Part shown: positions 57,001-64,000 of the stretch, piece after piece
Position numbering within the stretch: the stretch's first letter is position 1
Layout of the letters: each line of letters starts with the position of its first letter
Assembly: GCA_002391525.1 (NCBI GenBank)
Contig: DGFE01000100.1
Coordinates: 8,604-72,603, forward strand
Source: Competibacteraceae bacterium UBA3908
GTDB lineage: Bacteria > Pseudomonadota > Gammaproteobacteria > Competibacterales > Competibacteraceae
Length of the DNA stretch: 64,000 nt
Direction: 5' to 3'
Made by a program: the position numbers and the translations under genes
The notes under the pieces: model-generated
Database searches by the model: none
Told to the model about the DNA's origin: nothing
What the model saw: only the letters and a program-made list of their open reading frames with translations

Positions 57001-59725
57001 GGCGCCAGTACCGGAACTGCTGCCGGCGCTGTTCCTCGGCCTACTGCTGTTCGTGCTGACGGGTTGGCATTACCGGTCCACGCCGCACGCCTACGCCGCC
57101 CTGGTCACGCTGACGGTCGAGGTTTGGCTGACCGGCGCGTGGCTGGCGCCGCCCGAGTTGCTCGTTCTGGGACAGCCGGTGCTCGACGCGGTATTGAGTG
57201 CGCTCATGGCGGTGGCGGCGATTGGGTTGGAGACGGAGCGGGCCGCGCCGCTGACGTACTGGCGCGCGCCATTGCACGGGATGAGCGGACTGCTGTTCGT
57301 GCTGGCGCTGGCGGGCGCGCTGCTGGCGGGCTTGACCGGCGATCCCCGTCTGCCGGGCCTGCTGGCGCTGCTCTGCGTCGCGTTGTTCCCGGTGGCGCGG
57401 TGCTGGCCGAATGCCGCGGCCTGGCGCGGTCTTGGACTGGCGGTGTTGCTCAGCGCGCTGGCCTGGAGTTTGGCGGCGCGGTTTGGCGTCGCGATGCGGG
57501 ATGCGGGATGGGCCGCCATCGCCTGGGGTTACGCGCTCTGGTTCGGCGGCAATCTGTTGTTGCCGCGCTGGAACGCCCGCTGGCCGGGCTGGGCGGCGGC
57601 GCCGGATGTCTGGCCGCTGCTGGGACTGGTCGGCGTTCTGGCGGGGGGAACGGTTGGAATCATGGCCGGCGCCATGTCACTCGCTGTCGTGCTGGCGGGA
57701 CTGACGCCCTACCTGTTCCTGCTGCTGCGCAATACGGCATGGCCCGGCATGGCCTGGCTGGCGGTCGCGACATTGACGGCGAGCGGTTTGCTGGCCGGCG
57801 GCGCGCTGGAGTGGAGCGGGTGGAGCCGGGACCATGGGTTGCCCGCCACACTCCGCGGATTCGCGGTCGCGCTGGGGTGGCTGAATCTGCTGTTCCTGTC
57901 GATTCCGTTGTGGCGGCGCCATGGCCGGATGCTGGCGCAAGGGTTGCGCTGGCGGCAATCCGATCTGGAGCCGCCGCTGTTCTGGCTGCCGTTCGCGGCG
58001 CTGCTGGTGCTGCTGGCGCGTCTGGGGTGGTTGGAAATCGGACTGCTGTGGGTTGGAGCGTCTCCAGCGGAACCGTTGCCCTGGACGCTTGCCGGCGTCG
58101 CATCGCTGCTGGCGGCGACCGCCGGACATGCGTTCAAGCTCCGCCCGGCATGGCCGCAAGCGCAGGCGTCGCTGCTGGCCTTGCATGGGGTGGTTGTCGC
58201 CGTTTCGCTGAATCTGGCCGTGCCTCTCGTCTGGTTGCCGTTGGTGGCCGCGCTGTGGAATGGCGTGCTGCTGCCGGTGTGGCGTTATGGACCACGCGGG
58301 CCGGCGGCATGGCGTGGGACGCTGGAACTCTGGCTGACGCTGCTGCCCGTGACGGGCATTGCATTGCTGTTCGTTGTCTCCGGTATCGGTTGGGCGGACG
58401 TTACCGCAACCCTGCTGGCGCTGGCGGCGGCGACGCTGGTCCAGGGTTGGTGGCAGGGGCAACCGTTCCGGTTGAAGGCGGGAATGCTGCTGGCGCTGGC
58501 TGGGGGGTACACCATCTGGCTGGCGGATACGGCATCGTTCGCCGTCATGGCGTTGATCGGTTTGGCCCCCTGGTACGCCGTGCAGACCGTGTTGCTGCTG
58601 ATGGTGTTCATGACCGTTCGGCGATGGCTGGAAGCCGGCCTGGACTCCGCCGATTCCGGGTCGAATGAAGAACGGTTCAGCCGGATCTGCGAACTGGAGC
58701 AGGCGCTCAGCGAGTCGATACCCTGGCTGTTGCCGTTGAGCCTGCTGTGGCTGGGACTGCACGGTTACGCCGTGCTGGCGTATCAGGCCGGCTGGGGAGC
58801 GGCGCCGTGGCGTTTCGGCGGCGCCGCCGACCCACTGGCGGCGGGGGCAGCGTTACTACTGTTGGCCGGGCTGGCGGCGGTGAGGGCCTGGCGGCGGCCG
58901 AAAGAGCCAAGCTGGGTTTACGCAACCGCGCTGTGGCTGGGACTGCTGGCCGGTTACGGTCGGCTGGTCGTGCTGGGGTTGGCGCCGTTCACGGTCGGCG
59001 ATACCACCGCGCTGTTGGCAGCTGCCTATACCGCGTTCCTGCTGCATCAGTTCACCGCTTCCCGACCCCTGTATCATCTGGCCCTGTTGCTGCCCGTGCT
59101 GGCGCTGGCGACCGCGCCATGGCAATTGGCCTCACCGTGGACCGGCGGAACCCTGCTGGCCGCCGCCGTGCTGTATCTGTCGCTGGCTGGCACGCTGCAA
59201 AATCCGTTGCCCATGTACCTGGGCGTGCTGGCGCTGAACGGCGCGGTCTATCTGTGGGCGCCGCTGTGGGCGGAGCGCTACGGGCTGTGGCAGTTCTACA
59301 TCGTGCCGGCGGCGGTGTCGGTGTTGGCGCTGCTGCATCTGCACCGGCGGGAATTGCGGCCCGATGTGTTGAACGGGGCGCGATTGACGGCAACGAGCGC
59401 GCTGTATGCCGGGGCGGGCCTGGACGTGTTCCTGCGACCGGAGCTCGAGGTGTTCGTGCTGGCGCTGGCGTTGGCGCTGGTCGGGATCGTCGCGGGCATC
59501 GCCTTGCGCATCCGGGCCTTTCTGTATGCCGGTGTGGCGTTCCTGGTGCTGAACGTGGTCGGACAACTGGTCCGCTTCTATCCCGAACAAGCCATGAGCC
59601 GCGCGCTGATTCTCATCGGGCTGGGAGCGTTCATCACCGTCGGCATGGTGGTGTTCAATCTCCAGCGGGAGGCGATCCTGCGGCGGATTCGGATCATGCG
59701 CGCCGATCTGGCGGGGTGGGAATAG
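54056..59725 (+). CDS. giant (about 1889 aa) polytopic membrane protein, DUF2339-like architecture
   Basis: An N-terminal TM helix is followed by a charged helical segment and a Pro-rich linker (PPAPAPPAKPSIVPPPLELTPLEPPPPVPPKPERP). About 1650 aa of consecutive hydrophobic helices rich in L/A/G/W then follow. ATG 54056 follows GGAGAG. The reading frame is uninterrupted over 5.7 kb. Confidence 0.8.
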   Translation: MDWTFLILVAVLWLISPIILLVALIIARRQVRVLREQQLDQGAVKPSPVSDPAPSAAGIGGGNRRYALVDLENLLLLRLELQRLAGSGALPDERYRQLAADLDRLWESHLREGGALPESDIWQRRRALAWRLLTQATDTPPGLPPWTPTAATPTVPPAPAPPAKPSIVPPPLELTPLEPPPPVPPKPERPLSPPPIPTIRRTASEQPALCPAPETIPAVDWRPAPPNPLEKALQVLSGWPKLIAPFLAQNIGWFIGGFCFVAGALFLIANTSGFINALVVFASLFGASAFLLWAGYQFRRRRSELVVASSMLLTLGMLLAPLVLAVAVRLVAASSGDGLLLIVSLLITAGTLVAFAWAAALVSALMDRVLQSRYAWLLTALAAVQLAAPLSLLAPDWRGLAVLHTLLLGLLGHGLWTFSGEWLRRLFVDRRLTTYYAAGMLVYTAAVSFAHLTWLWPESLPAGYAGPFLMALCGLLFPVDAAFREWVGKYAFLSRFSFALYGLSAVAVAVAIRSTPAVLLTLTMGALLYGWMTWRYRTLPPLYLLFGCVAGLYGFSLSHFLSPAWHGLAGLPGLLALLGCGRWAGSRSRAIARQCLLVFGVLLVGLIAWGLVWITPGWLGFATAALAALLGYAGVRLALALPEANPRWAYADGGVVALATVAVAYAPDWMLPGWAMQTAFGLLALAALWTGLGLHDRRQTPVSRLVFVTGALANVVLALALGTMTLWPALLGRLKPILLLALTAALSLWLGLGLRWRALFYGVLACAAALGVLIKRGYFPGPSTGLGEFALVLALWSFLWWLGWRSRIRQAWLADARNDTPELPSLESLIRPPLEQAMALLWAVGLVHLILRLLDGAASAKWSATAGLGVLTGLLLIGYFHRFRWVALPLLLGLAGLLVALARAGLNLPWLGAVAVLYALLVWRLAIALLAEPTVWRLARLLGFTAPGGAGGRQQVEESLHLCALLIAVVPVAASPALALLGAPVPELLPALFLGLLLFVLTGWHYRSTPHAYAALVTLTVEVWLTGAWLAPPELLVLGQPVLDAVLSALMAVAAIGLETERAAPLTYWRAPLHGMSGLLFVLALAGALLAGLTGDPRLPGLLALLCVALFPVARCWPNAAAWRGLGLAVLLSALAWSLAARFGVAMRDAGWAAIAWGYALWFGGNLLLPRWNARWPGWAAAPDVWPLLGLVGVLAGGTVGIMAGAMSLAVVLAGLTPYLFLLLRNTAWPGMAWLAVATLTASGLLAGGALEWSGWSRDHGLPATLRGFAVALGWLNLLFLSIPLWRRHGRMLAQGLRWRQSDLEPPLFWLPFAALLVLLARLGWLEIGLLWVGASPAEPLPWTLAGVASLLAATAGHAFKLRPAWPQAQASLLALHGVVVAVSLNLAVPLVWLPLVAALWNGVLLPVWRYGPRGPAAWRGTLELWLTLLPVTGIALLFVVSGIGWADVTATLLALAAATLVQGWWQGQPFRLKAGMLLALAGGYTIWLADTASFAVMALIGLAPWYAVQTVLLLMVFMTVRRWLEAGLDSADSGSNEERFSRICELEQALSESIPWLLPLSLLWLGLHGYAVLAYQAGWGAAPWRFGGAADPLAAGAALLLLAGLAAVRAWRRPKEPSWVYATALWLGLLAGYGRLVVLGLAPFTVGDTTALLAAAYTAFLLHQFTASRPLYHLALLLPVLALATAPWQLASPWTGGTLLAAAVLYLSLAGTLQNPLPMYLGVLALNGAVYLWAPLWAERYGLWQFYIVPAAVSVLALLHLHRRELRPDVLNGARLTATSALYAGAGLDVFLRPELEVFVLALALALVGIVAGIALRIRAFLYAGVAFLVLNVVGQLVRFYPEQAMSRALILIGLGAFITVGMVVFNLQREAILRRIRIMRADLAGWE

Positions 59726-59774
59726 ACTCGATTCCGCAGGCGGGCGAAAATCTTTCAAGGCAGGTTCGTAACCG

Positions 59775-60398
59775 ATGAAAGCATTGTGGATTGCCGTTTT
59801 CGGGTTGGTTCTCGTATGGTCCGGAATAAACCCCAAGGACTACTTTACCTGGTTTCTGGAGGTATCGCCCGCCATCGCGGGAGCCCTCGTGCTGGCCGCC
59901 ACCTACCAGAGGTTTCCGTTGACGACCCTGGTTTATGTCCTGATTCTCTTGCATTGCCTCATCCTGATGGTCGGCGGACATTACACGTATGCCGAGGTGC
60001 CGTTGTTCGAGACGTTCAAGGATCTGTTCGGCTTCGAGCGGAACAACTACGACAAGGTCGGGCATTTCGTGCAGGGCTTCGTGCCAGCCATAATCGCCAG
60101 GGAACTCATCCTGCGGAAGAACATCGTCAATGGCGCCGCCTGGTCGAATTTTTTTATCGTTTGCTTCTGTCTGGCGTTCAGCGCGTTTTACGAATTGATC
60201 GAGTGGGCCGTCGCGATCATGAGCGGCGAATCGGCGGAAGCGTTCTTGGGTACTCAGGGCTATGCGTGGGATACGCAATCCGACATGGGACTGGCGCTGC
60301 TGGGATCGATCATGGCGCTGCTGTCGTTGTCGAGAGCGCATGATCGCGCGCTCGAAAAGGGCGGTTACCTGATCCCGTCCCCGATCCGGCGCGGGTGA
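59775..60398 (+). CDS. DUF2238-family inner-membrane protein (YjdF-like)
   Basis: NYDKVGHFVQGFVPAIIAREL and YELIEW..A....GTQGYAWDTQSDM are typical of YjdF/DUF2238. Confidence 0.75.
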   Translation: MKALWIAVFGLVLVWSGINPKDYFTWFLEVSPAIAGALVLAATYQRFPLTTLVYVLILLHCLILMVGGHYTYAEVPLFETFKDLFGFERNNYDKVGHFVQGFVPAIIARELILRKNIVNGAAWSNFFIVCFCLAFSAFYELIEWAVAIMSGESAEAFLGTQGYAWDTQSDMGLALLGSIMALLSLSRAHDRALEKGGYLIPSPIRRG

Positions 60399-60413
60399 GA
60401 GGGCCGCGACGGG

Positions 60414-61016
60414 TCAGTCCCGGCCGACGAATCCGGCCAGGTAATTGTCCAGCAAGGACGTTGCGACCTCCTGAATCGGACGACCGCCGACGGTTTCCAG
60501 TTTCCGGTCCAGACTGAGCATACAGACGCCATGGATGCCGCTCCACAGCGCGCGGGCGGCCAGGGCGACGTCCTCCGGTGACCGCCGCGGACACAACAGC
60601 GCCACATGGTGCTGCACCAGTTCGAACATCCGCGCTACTTTTTCGGTGAAGGATTGCGGCACCGACCGCCCTTCCGGCATCCGATGCTGGTAAAGGGCCA
60701 GCCAGCGATGAGTCTCGAAGAGCGCGAAGTGCAAATAGGCTTGGGCGAGCGCCTGAATCGCCGCCGCCGGCGGCCGGTCACCGACGGCGGCGGCCAGCCT
60801 GGCGTACAGCGCGTCCAGCGTCCGCTCGTTCATCTGAGCGATCAGGTCGTCGAGATTGCGGAACACCATGTACAGACTGCCGACCGTGTAACCGATGCGG
60901 GCCGCCACCTTGCGGGCGCTCAACCCGGCCAGACCGTGGGCGGCGACCAGCTCTTCGGCTGCCCGCAGCCCGATCTCCCGCAGTTCATCGCGTGTGTGTT
61001 CGTTGCGTCTTCCCAT
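60414..61016 (-). CDS. TetR/AcrR-family transcriptional regulator
   Basis: N-terminal HTH GLAGLSARKVAARIGYTVGSLYMVFRNLDDL. ATG 61016. Confidence 0.85.
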   Translation of the reverse strand: MGRRNEHTRDELREIGLRAAEELVAAHGLAGLSARKVAARIGYTVGSLYMVFRNLDDLIAQMNERTLDALYARLAAAVGDRPPAAAIQALAQAYLHFALFETHRWLALYQHRMPEGRSVPQSFTEKVARMFELVQHHVALLCPRRSPEDVALAARALWSGIHGVCMLSLDRKLETVGGRPIQEVATSLLDNYLAGFVGRD

Positions 61017-61042
61017 CGGATCCTCCGGCCGGTCGCGGCTGT

Positions 61043-63037
61043 CTAGGGGCGATTGCGCCACCGCCAGATGGCGTCGAGACGCGGGTGGAAAACCCGCAGG
61101 TCGACTTGGGCCTGGGCTTCCTGCATCGCCTGGCGAATCAGGGCGATGTTGAGCCGGGCGCGCTGTCTGAGAATATCCGTCTTGATTTTAGCGAGTTCCT
61201 CGGGACCCGCCAGCAGTTCGCGCTCGATCTGGAGTCGGCGTTGAGCGTACTGTTGTTGCAGGTTGACGCTGGCGGCGGGATCGGCGCCTTGCCGGGGATC
61301 GTGGCGGAAGCGCTGTTCCAGCGCCTGACGCCAATCGAGCAGCGCCGCCGCCCGCTGGCGGCCAAGGCGCTGACCGAAGCCGGGAACCCCTGCCAACGCG
61401 GCGGGGGTGACATCGGCAGCGGTTTCGATGCCGTAGGATTCCAGCGCCACCCGGTCGGTGGCGCGAAGGCCGGGAATCTGGGCCGCATCGATGAAATGGC
61501 CTTCCAGGTACGCTTGCAGTTGCAACTGGCGCTGATCGGTTGCCAGTCGTTGCAAATCCCGCTGGAGGTCGGTCGACAGGTTCCGATAACGATCCCGCAG
61601 GGCGTGCAGGGCATGCAGCTTGCGCATGAATGGCTGATCCGTCGCGTGCCGCCGCCAGGCGGCCCGCAAATCCGTCAGTTCGTGGCGGGCCGTCAGCAGG
61701 GCCAACCGACGGCGCTGCCGTTCGCGGCGTACCGCGCTGTCCTGGGTGAGCGACCAGGCGGCAACGGCCAGCGGCAGCCACAGCCAGATCAAACCCGGTT
61801 GGATCAGGATGGCGAGCAGGGCGAGGCCGGCGATGGTCGCCGTTTTGACCAGGTTGTCGCGCTGTGCGCGCCGCAGCGGTTCCGGCAGGGGAGTCGGCGT
61901 GACCGGCGCTTGGGCGCCGGGCCGCGGCATCGCTTCGGCGCCGGGCGGAGGAACCGCCAGGATTCGGTTCCAGACCGGGTCGAGATGGAAATCGCGCCGG
62001 TCAGGACCCGGGCTGGCCGGCGAGTGGCGCGGCGGTGTGAAGAACGAGGTCCCGCTCGACTGTTCCAGCGCGCACCAGGGGCAGGCCGGCGACCGTTGTG
62101 GGTATTTGTGCGCCGGGTTTCGGTCGCAGGAGCGCAGTTCGCGACCGAGCCGTTCCAGCGCCAGCAGCCATTCCCGCGCCGTGGGGCGCTGGCGAGCCGG
62201 CGCGGACGGGGCGAAGGCGCGCTCGAACAACTCCGCGACGGTTTGAGGCAGGGCCGTGAACGGCAGCGTGTGTGGCGGCGGTTCCATCAGCCGGGCGGCG
62301 GCGTGCCGACCGAAGGCGAACCGATAGTCCTGGATGGCGCGTTCGATGGGCATGTCGCCCTTGCCCCGATAGCGACCGGCGAAGGGATGACGGCCCATGA
62401 ACAGCAGATGAAAGCAGAGCAGGGCGAGGCTGAACGCATCGTGGTCGGGCGTGCGCCGCAGGCCGTGAAAGGGCCGGTCCTGCAATTCCGGCGCGGTGAA
62501 CTGCGGCACCCCGACATCGCAGAGGAACAGCCTCTCGCCCGTGTCGATCTGAAACGAATCGCAGTCGATCAGCTTGACCAGCGCTTGGGGAGACACCACC
62601 ACGTTGCCGGGATTCACGTCGCCGATGACGTGGCCGCGGGCGTGGATGGTCTCGAAGGCGCTGGCCAGGTTGCGAGCGGTGTGGATCAGAAACGACCAGT
62701 CGGCCTGCGGGAAGGTTCGCTTGCGGTGGGAAGGGCCGTAGAGACTGTGAATCTCGTGGTAGCCGTTGACCCGATGCATCACGAAACCCTGCGCCGGGCC
62801 GCCCGGCTGGATCCGCAGCACGTCCACCGGCCAGGCGGCGATTTCCAGCAGGCCGGGATGCGCCTGCCGGACCATGCCTTCCAGTTTGAGGGCCTTATCC
62901 GGGCTGACCGGTTGATGATAGATTTTGGCGACGAAGCCGGGCCGTCCGGCGATTTCGTGAACCGCGCCTTCGCCGCCGCGCCCCAGGACCTTGCCCGGTT
63001 CGACCGGATGACCCGCGCCGCTATACAGCCTCGTCAC
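61043..63037 (-). CDS. atypical protein kinase with TM segment and C-terminal helix-hairpin-helix region (YegI / TerY-P kinase-like)
   Basis: GRGGEGAVHEI..VAKIY (P-loop/Lys), HARGHVIGDVNPGNVVV (catalytic loop), LIDCDSF (DFG-equivalent), the Cys cluster CDRNPAHKY..CPWC and the HhH-like segment GIETAADV..LAGVPGFGQ. Confidence 0.8.
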   Translation of the reverse strand: MTRLYSGAGHPVEPGKVLGRGGEGAVHEIAGRPGFVAKIYHQPVSPDKALKLEGMVRQAHPGLLEIAAWPVDVLRIQPGGPAQGFVMHRVNGYHEIHSLYGPSHRKRTFPQADWSFLIHTARNLASAFETIHARGHVIGDVNPGNVVVSPQALVKLIDCDSFQIDTGERLFLCDVGVPQFTAPELQDRPFHGLRRTPDHDAFSLALLCFHLLFMGRHPFAGRYRGKGDMPIERAIQDYRFAFGRHAAARLMEPPPHTLPFTALPQTVAELFERAFAPSAPARQRPTAREWLLALERLGRELRSCDRNPAHKYPQRSPACPWCALEQSSGTSFFTPPRHSPASPGPDRRDFHLDPVWNRILAVPPPGAEAMPRPGAQAPVTPTPLPEPLRRAQRDNLVKTATIAGLALLAILIQPGLIWLWLPLAVAAWSLTQDSAVRRERQRRRLALLTARHELTDLRAAWRRHATDQPFMRKLHALHALRDRYRNLSTDLQRDLQRLATDQRQLQLQAYLEGHFIDAAQIPGLRATDRVALESYGIETAADVTPAALAGVPGFGQRLGRQRAAALLDWRQALEQRFRHDPRQGADPAASVNLQQQYAQRRLQIERELLAGPEELAKIKTDILRQRARLNIALIRQAMQEAQAQVDLRVFHPRLDAIWRWRNRP

Positions 63038-63962
63038 CGTGGCTTTCCCGAACGGGGGACGCGGACGTGGCGAAGTCGGGACGGGCGGCGGCGGTTTCGG
63101 TCGTGGAGACCGCGTCGGGTTCCGCCGGAACCGGCGGCGACGCGGCGGTGACCGGCTCGACCGTTGGCGCGACGGCGGCCGGCGGCGGCAGCCGGGTGGC
63201 CAGAATCAGGGTCTTGTCGTCGTGGGTACGTTGGTTGACCGCCGGGCTGACGAGAAAGCGTTCCAGCGCCGCCGCGAGCGCTTCCGGACAGCCAGGCTCC
63301 GGATGCGCGCGCAGGTGTTGGAACAGGGGGCGAAAGAACGGCGCGTGGGCCTGTCGCTGGTGGTAATGCAGGGCCAGCAGTTGCAAGCCGTCGGAGAACA
63401 ACGCGATTTCGGCGACCGGTTCGGTCAGGACGAGGCATTCCAGGTGATCGGCGGCGTCGGGATCGGTCACGAACCGGGTTTCGTTGACGTATTCGCCGGT
63501 CTGCGGCCAGAACACCGGCCGGTAACCCTGGCCGGTCGCGACGACGATGGCCCCATCGCCGATTTGCAGAAACAACGCCTGGTCGGCGGCCACCACCGCG
63601 CCCAACAGGGTGCAGGCGAATTCCCGAACCGGCAACTCCGCCTCCACCGCTCGTTGGGTCAGGGCGGTTCGGACGCTTTGGAGCAGGGTCTCGGCGGCGG
63701 TTGGCGTCCAGTCCAGCGCGCCGGAATCCGCCAGGCGGACCGTGCATTCGGCCAACAGGGTCTGGCAGGCCAGTTCGGCGCCGGCGCGGGCGTGCGTGGC
63801 GCTGCCGGCCCCGTCGGCCACGGCCAGCACCAGCACCGGACCGGCGTCCGGCGCCGGCAGCAGCGCGGCGCCGCAGGCGTCCTGACATTCGACGTTGCCG
63901 GCGAGATGGGCCACGCCGGGGACGCTGGCGTATACGTACCGCCAGTCGCCCGTTTCGCTCAT
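63021..63962 (-). CDS. PP2C-family protein phosphatase (YegK/PphC-like)
   Basis: QDACG, AVADGAGSA, IGDGAIVV and LFSDGL. The gene overlaps the kinase gene by 17 nt, and its ATG overlaps the upstream stop (ATGA). Confidence 0.75.
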   Translation of the reverse strand: MSETGDWRYVYASVPGVAHLAGNVECQDACGAALLPAPDAGPVLVLAVADGAGSATHARAGAELACQTLLAECTVRLADSGALDWTPTAAETLLQSVRTALTQRAVEAELPVREFACTLLGAVVAADQALFLQIGDGAIVVATGQGYRPVFWPQTGEYVNETRFVTDPDAADHLECLVLTEPVAEIALFSDGLQLLALHYHQRQAHAPFFRPLFQHLRAHPEPGCPEALAAALERFLVSPAVNQRTHDDKTLILATRLPPPAAVAPTVEPVTAASPPVPAEPDAVSTTETAAARPDFATSASPVRESHGDEAV

Positions 63963-64000
63963 ACCGAGGCCCAACCGTCGGGGCTGGCGGGATTGCGCAG
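63959..64000 (-). CDS. 3' end (13 codons) of an upstream gene in the same operon; identity not determinable (a vWA/TerY-like gene would be expected by analogy)
   Basis: The minus frame reads ...LRNPASPDGWASV* with TGA at 63961-63959, overlapping the ATG of the phosphatase gene. Confidence 0.4.
   Translation of the reverse strand: MRNPASPDGWASV

Noticed and set aside
55180-58668. 1162-aa alternative-frame ORF inside the giant membrane gene; other long overlapping ORFs lie at 54626..56152 and 57677..58762
   Set aside because: They overlap the 5.67-kb frame that yields coherent TM helices. These frames give Arg/Gly/Ala-rich non-hydrophobic low-complexity sequence, which is a high-GC artefact.

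Overview
High-GC, densely coding proteobacterial (gammaproteobacterium-like) chromosome segment with about 60 supportable genes. No rRNA, tRNA, CRISPR array, transposase or integrase was recognised.

Gene content, left to right:
- A draT-like ADP-ribosyltransferase, then three envelope or redox genes.
- A visibly AT-richer cassette-like patch (3.2-5.0 kb) bounded by structured attC-like palindromic repeats.
- nifQ-fdxN-nifB on the minus strand, with a textbook sigma54 promoter and two NifA UAS.
- An amidase, a membrane Ser/Thr kinase, an ECF sigma/anti-sigma pair and a CheY-like regulator.
- A DUF2760 + two-Hsp70 operon, uspA, and an ATP-grasp/alpha-E + transglutaminase pair.
- Cobalamin genes (cbiD, cbiJ/cobK, cobM) with NosL-like genes.
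- A NACHT-FGE STAND NTPase with a stand-alone paralog of its own N-terminal module.
- tlpA, a short yjgA, pilS-pilR, sucCD and nadE.
- A 7-kb block flanked by 162-bp direct repeats of the nadE 3' end. It carries a sigma54-controlled DUF1611-ABC-esterase operon with its own histidine kinase and enhancer-binding regulator.
- suhB, fadIJ, and a secreted protein built from 39-bp tandem repeats.
- pspA followed by a giant (about 1889 aa) polytopic membrane protein.
- A PP2C + HhH-kinase pair (TerY-P-like) running off the right edge.

The best candidates for an undescribed system are the NACHT-FGE/paralog pair, the sigma54 DUF1611-ABC-esterase island, the DUF2760/Hsp70 pair and pspA with the giant membrane protein.

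All functional calls rest on motif and family recognition by eye from the translated ORFs. No database search was run.
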